Shown here one piece after another: positions 52,943 to 54,676 of a DNA stretch of 54,676 bases. Source of the DNA: an uncultured Muribaculaceae bacterium (GTDB lineage Bacteria; Bacillota_I; Bacilli_A; RF39; UBA660). Under the pieces are notes generated by a model. That model had not been told where the DNA came from, did not search any database, and saw only the letters and a list, made by a program, of their open reading frames with translations. Each line of letters begins with the position of its first letter. Position 1 is the stretch's first letter. The position numbers and the translations under genes are program-made. The DNA lies in the NCBI GenBank assembly GCA_964609995.1, contig CAZSTI010000002.1, positions 1 through 54,676 on the forward strand, in the 5' to 3' direction.

Positions 52943-54085
52943 ATGAATAAAAATAAAACAACTGCTTCAATGTTAGCATTAATAACATTAATGAATATGG
53001 GGTCAGCAAACTTAGTAACAGCAAGTGCTAGCGAAATACCACTTAAACAAGAAAAGATAATTAATTATCCAAACAGATCGTATTCTAGAGATGTAGAAGA
53101 ATTTTTGAATGCTTTTAAAACAGGCGCGGCTCTTGAAGGAATGGAAAATATAGGTTTAGAATCAGATGTAATGGCTGATTTAGATACAGCATATAATGCA
53201 TATATGTTAATAAATGGTAGATATCCTTTTGATGATTTAGATTGGCAAGATATCGATAAAGAAGCACAAAAAGCATCTAATTTTATAGAAAGAGTATCAT
53301 ATTATTTTGGTAGATATAATAAAGATATCTTTAGAATATCTAATTATGTTGTTGATGACGCTGAAAAAGAATTATTTAGAAGAGAAGAAGATAAATACCA
53401 ATATTTAATTTCAATTGGAAATGAGGATTCTTATGATCAAATTTTTAGATCTTTTAGAGGACTTGATAGATATCCTTATTCGACTATGATAGAAATTGTA
53501 AGTGTTTGTATTTTAGCGGGTGCTGCAGCAGCAATTCCAGCAAATTACATATATGAAGAAAGAGAAAATGGTACTGTAAATCCAAGAGATGGTAGATCTA
53601 TAATGTATCTAGATGAGAATAACGATGAAAGAAAAATAGTTTTTTTCGCAAATAATGAAAGCGGAACAATATTTACAGAATTTTCTACTCATATGTTTCA
53701 AAGAAGAGATTATACTGAGGATGAATTAAATGAATTAGTTAAACAAGTTAATGCAATTAAACACGAAGATAACGATGAATATTTGTCATTATATGGATTA
53801 ATAAGAGATATTAATGATGTTGAAAACAAAGCAATTCAAGCACTTAATGGTATTATTGCAAACAACATTAGCGATAAACAAAGAAATGATATGTTAAATC
53901 CAGCGGGTTATTTAGGTAACGAACTAGAAGAAAGAGCAAGTCAATTTTTGTTTAATATTTTAGCTCACAATAATGATGATACATTAATTAGTGAAAAAGG
54001 TAACTTTATAATTGATTTTGAGGATAACACTCTATATCCAATTGTTGAAACCGCAAAAACAAAAACAATAAAGAGAAAAGCTTAA
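52943..54085 (+). CDS. hypothetical secreted protein (signal peptide, no recognised domain)
   Basis: 380 aa; N-terminal MNKNKTTASMLALITLMNMGSANLVTASA|SE; SD AAAGGGGGA; one internal hydrophobic stretch VSVCILAGAAAAIPA. Confidence 0.6.
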   Translation: MNKNKTTASMLALITLMNMGSANLVTASASEIPLKQEKIINYPNRSYSRDVEEFLNAFKTGAALEGMENIGLESDVMADLDTAYNAYMLINGRYPFDDLDWQDIDKEAQKASNFIERVSYYFGRYNKDIFRISNYVVDDAEKELFRREEDKYQYLISIGNEDSYDQIFRSFRGLDRYPYSTMIEIVSVCILAGAAAAIPANYIYEERENGTVNPRDGRSIMYLDENNDERKIVFFANNESGTIFTEFSTHMFQRRDYTEDELNELVKQVNAIKHEDNDEYLSLYGLIRDINDVENKAIQALNGIIANNISDKQRNDMLNPAGYLGNELEERASQFLFNILAHNNDDTLISEKGNFIIDFEDNTLYPIVETAKTKTIKRKA

Positions 54086-54115
54086 TAGTAAATATTAAAA
54101 AGGGGGACAATATTT

Positions 54116-54676
54116 ATGAATTATGAAATAAATAATATTGTAAAATATAAAAAATACGGAGATTATATAACTTTATATTCTCTTTTTGAAAACGATTCTA
54201 CAATATATGAAGAAAAAGATTTGATAAAAACAGTTGTAAGAGGAAAAGAAAGAGTAAAAGAATTGATGACTAATATCGATTCTTTAGTTTTAAATATATA
54301 TAATATTGAAAAATCTGCTGATACAATAAAAACAGTTTATTCAAATAAAGATTCAAAATATACAGTTATATTTAATAATAATAAAGAAAACGAAAATATA
54401 ATAGACTCAATAAAAACAAAACAAGAAGCTGATAAACAAAAAATCAAAGAAGCTAAAGATAATCAAAAAACTAAAGACAAAAAAATAGCTGCAATTTTCT
54501 TATCTTTAGTAACGGCAGCAGCAATCGGATTACATGCTTATACTTTAATAAATAAAAACAAGGAAAAAAACAATTCAAATATTAATAATAATCAAACAGA
54601 GTTAGTGGCTGTTTCTGTTGAACCAACACAAGCACCAACACAAGTGCCAACACAAGCACCAACACAAGCACCAACA
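54116..54676 (+). CDS. hypothetical single-pass membrane protein with PTQA-repeat linker (3' end off window)
   Basis: Not in the track (open at the edge). ATG at 54116 behind AAAGGGGGA. About 125-aa cytoplasmic part, TM IAAIFLSLVTAAAIGLHAYTLI, then EPTQAPTQVPTQAPTQAPT. Confidence 0.6.
   Translation, partial: MNYEINNIVKYKKYGDYITLYSLFENDSTIYEEKDLIKTVVRGKERVKELMTNIDSLVLNIYNIEKSADTIKTVYSNKDSKYTVIFNNNKENENIIDSIKTKQEADKQKIKEAKDNQKTKDKKIAAIFLSLVTAAAIGLHAYTLINKNKEKNNSNINNNQTELVAVSVEPTQAPTQVPTQAPTQAPT
54623..54676 (+). repeat. 12-bp in-frame tandem repeat (CCAACACAAGCA/GTG variant), at least 4.5 copies, truncated by the window end
   Basis: ccaacacaagca ccaacacaagtg ccaacacaagca ccaacacaagca ccaaca. 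Confidence 0.9.

Noticed and set aside
1-54676. Possibility of genetic code 4 (TGA = Trp), given the Mollicutes-like composition
   Set aside because: mrnC, holB and mnmG end at TGA in classic ATGA or short overlaps with the next gene. All large conserved proteins are full-length under code 11, with Trp encoded by TGG.
1-54676. Search for CRISPR arrays, tRNA/rRNA genes, transposases, integrases, toxin-antitoxin or defence-system genes
   Set aside because: None seen. Every intergenic gap over 100 nt is accounted for by leaders, promoters, ffs, the parS/NBS array or oriC. No ORF resembles mobile-element or defence proteins.

Overview
Strongly AT-rich bacterial chromosome segment using the standard code: TGA closes mrnC, holB and mnmG, and Trp is TGG. 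It spans the replication origin. Every gene left of about 41.8 kb is on the minus strand and every gene right of it is on the plus strand. The switch lies in the rpmH|dnaA spacer, which carries perfect DnaA boxes. Gene content is almost entirely housekeeping with Bacillus-like synteny. Left arm, read on the minus strand away from the origin: rpmH-rnpA-yidC-jag-mnmE-recF-gyrB-gyrA, ffs-tadA-dnaX-ybaB-recR-holB-ricT-pth-mfd, T-box-metG, tatD, a 3D-domain protein, rsmA, spoVG, divIC, mrnC-rlmB-sigH-secE-nusG-rplKAJL, a methyltransferase, rpoBC, tilS-ftsH, rpsL-rpsG-fusA. Right arm: dnaA-dnaN-mnmG-rsmG-noc, two prepilin-type proteins, DUF1934-rpoE-prfA-prmC, then two uncharacterised secreted or membrane proteins. 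I found no rRNA, tRNA, CRISPR, transposase or prophage signal. The most interesting item is a 330-bp intergenic locus (32320-32645) about 9.5 kb from oriC. It holds three exact or near-exact ParB parS palindromes and two exact Noc-binding-site palindromes, interleaved with a minimal 80-nt SRP RNA. The only ParB-family gene in the window is Noc-type but atypical: it has no N-terminal membrane helix and carries a roughly 190-aa low-complexity insert. Two pilin-like/Ig-domain genes follow it where Bacillus has soj-spo0J. Other items are a Met T-box, an L10 leader attenuator, paired GTGGGAG hairpins before rplK and rplA, a Cys-rich YidC extension, and a symmetric gene exchange across oriC. All family assignments come from reading the translations and from remembered motifs. 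No searches were run.
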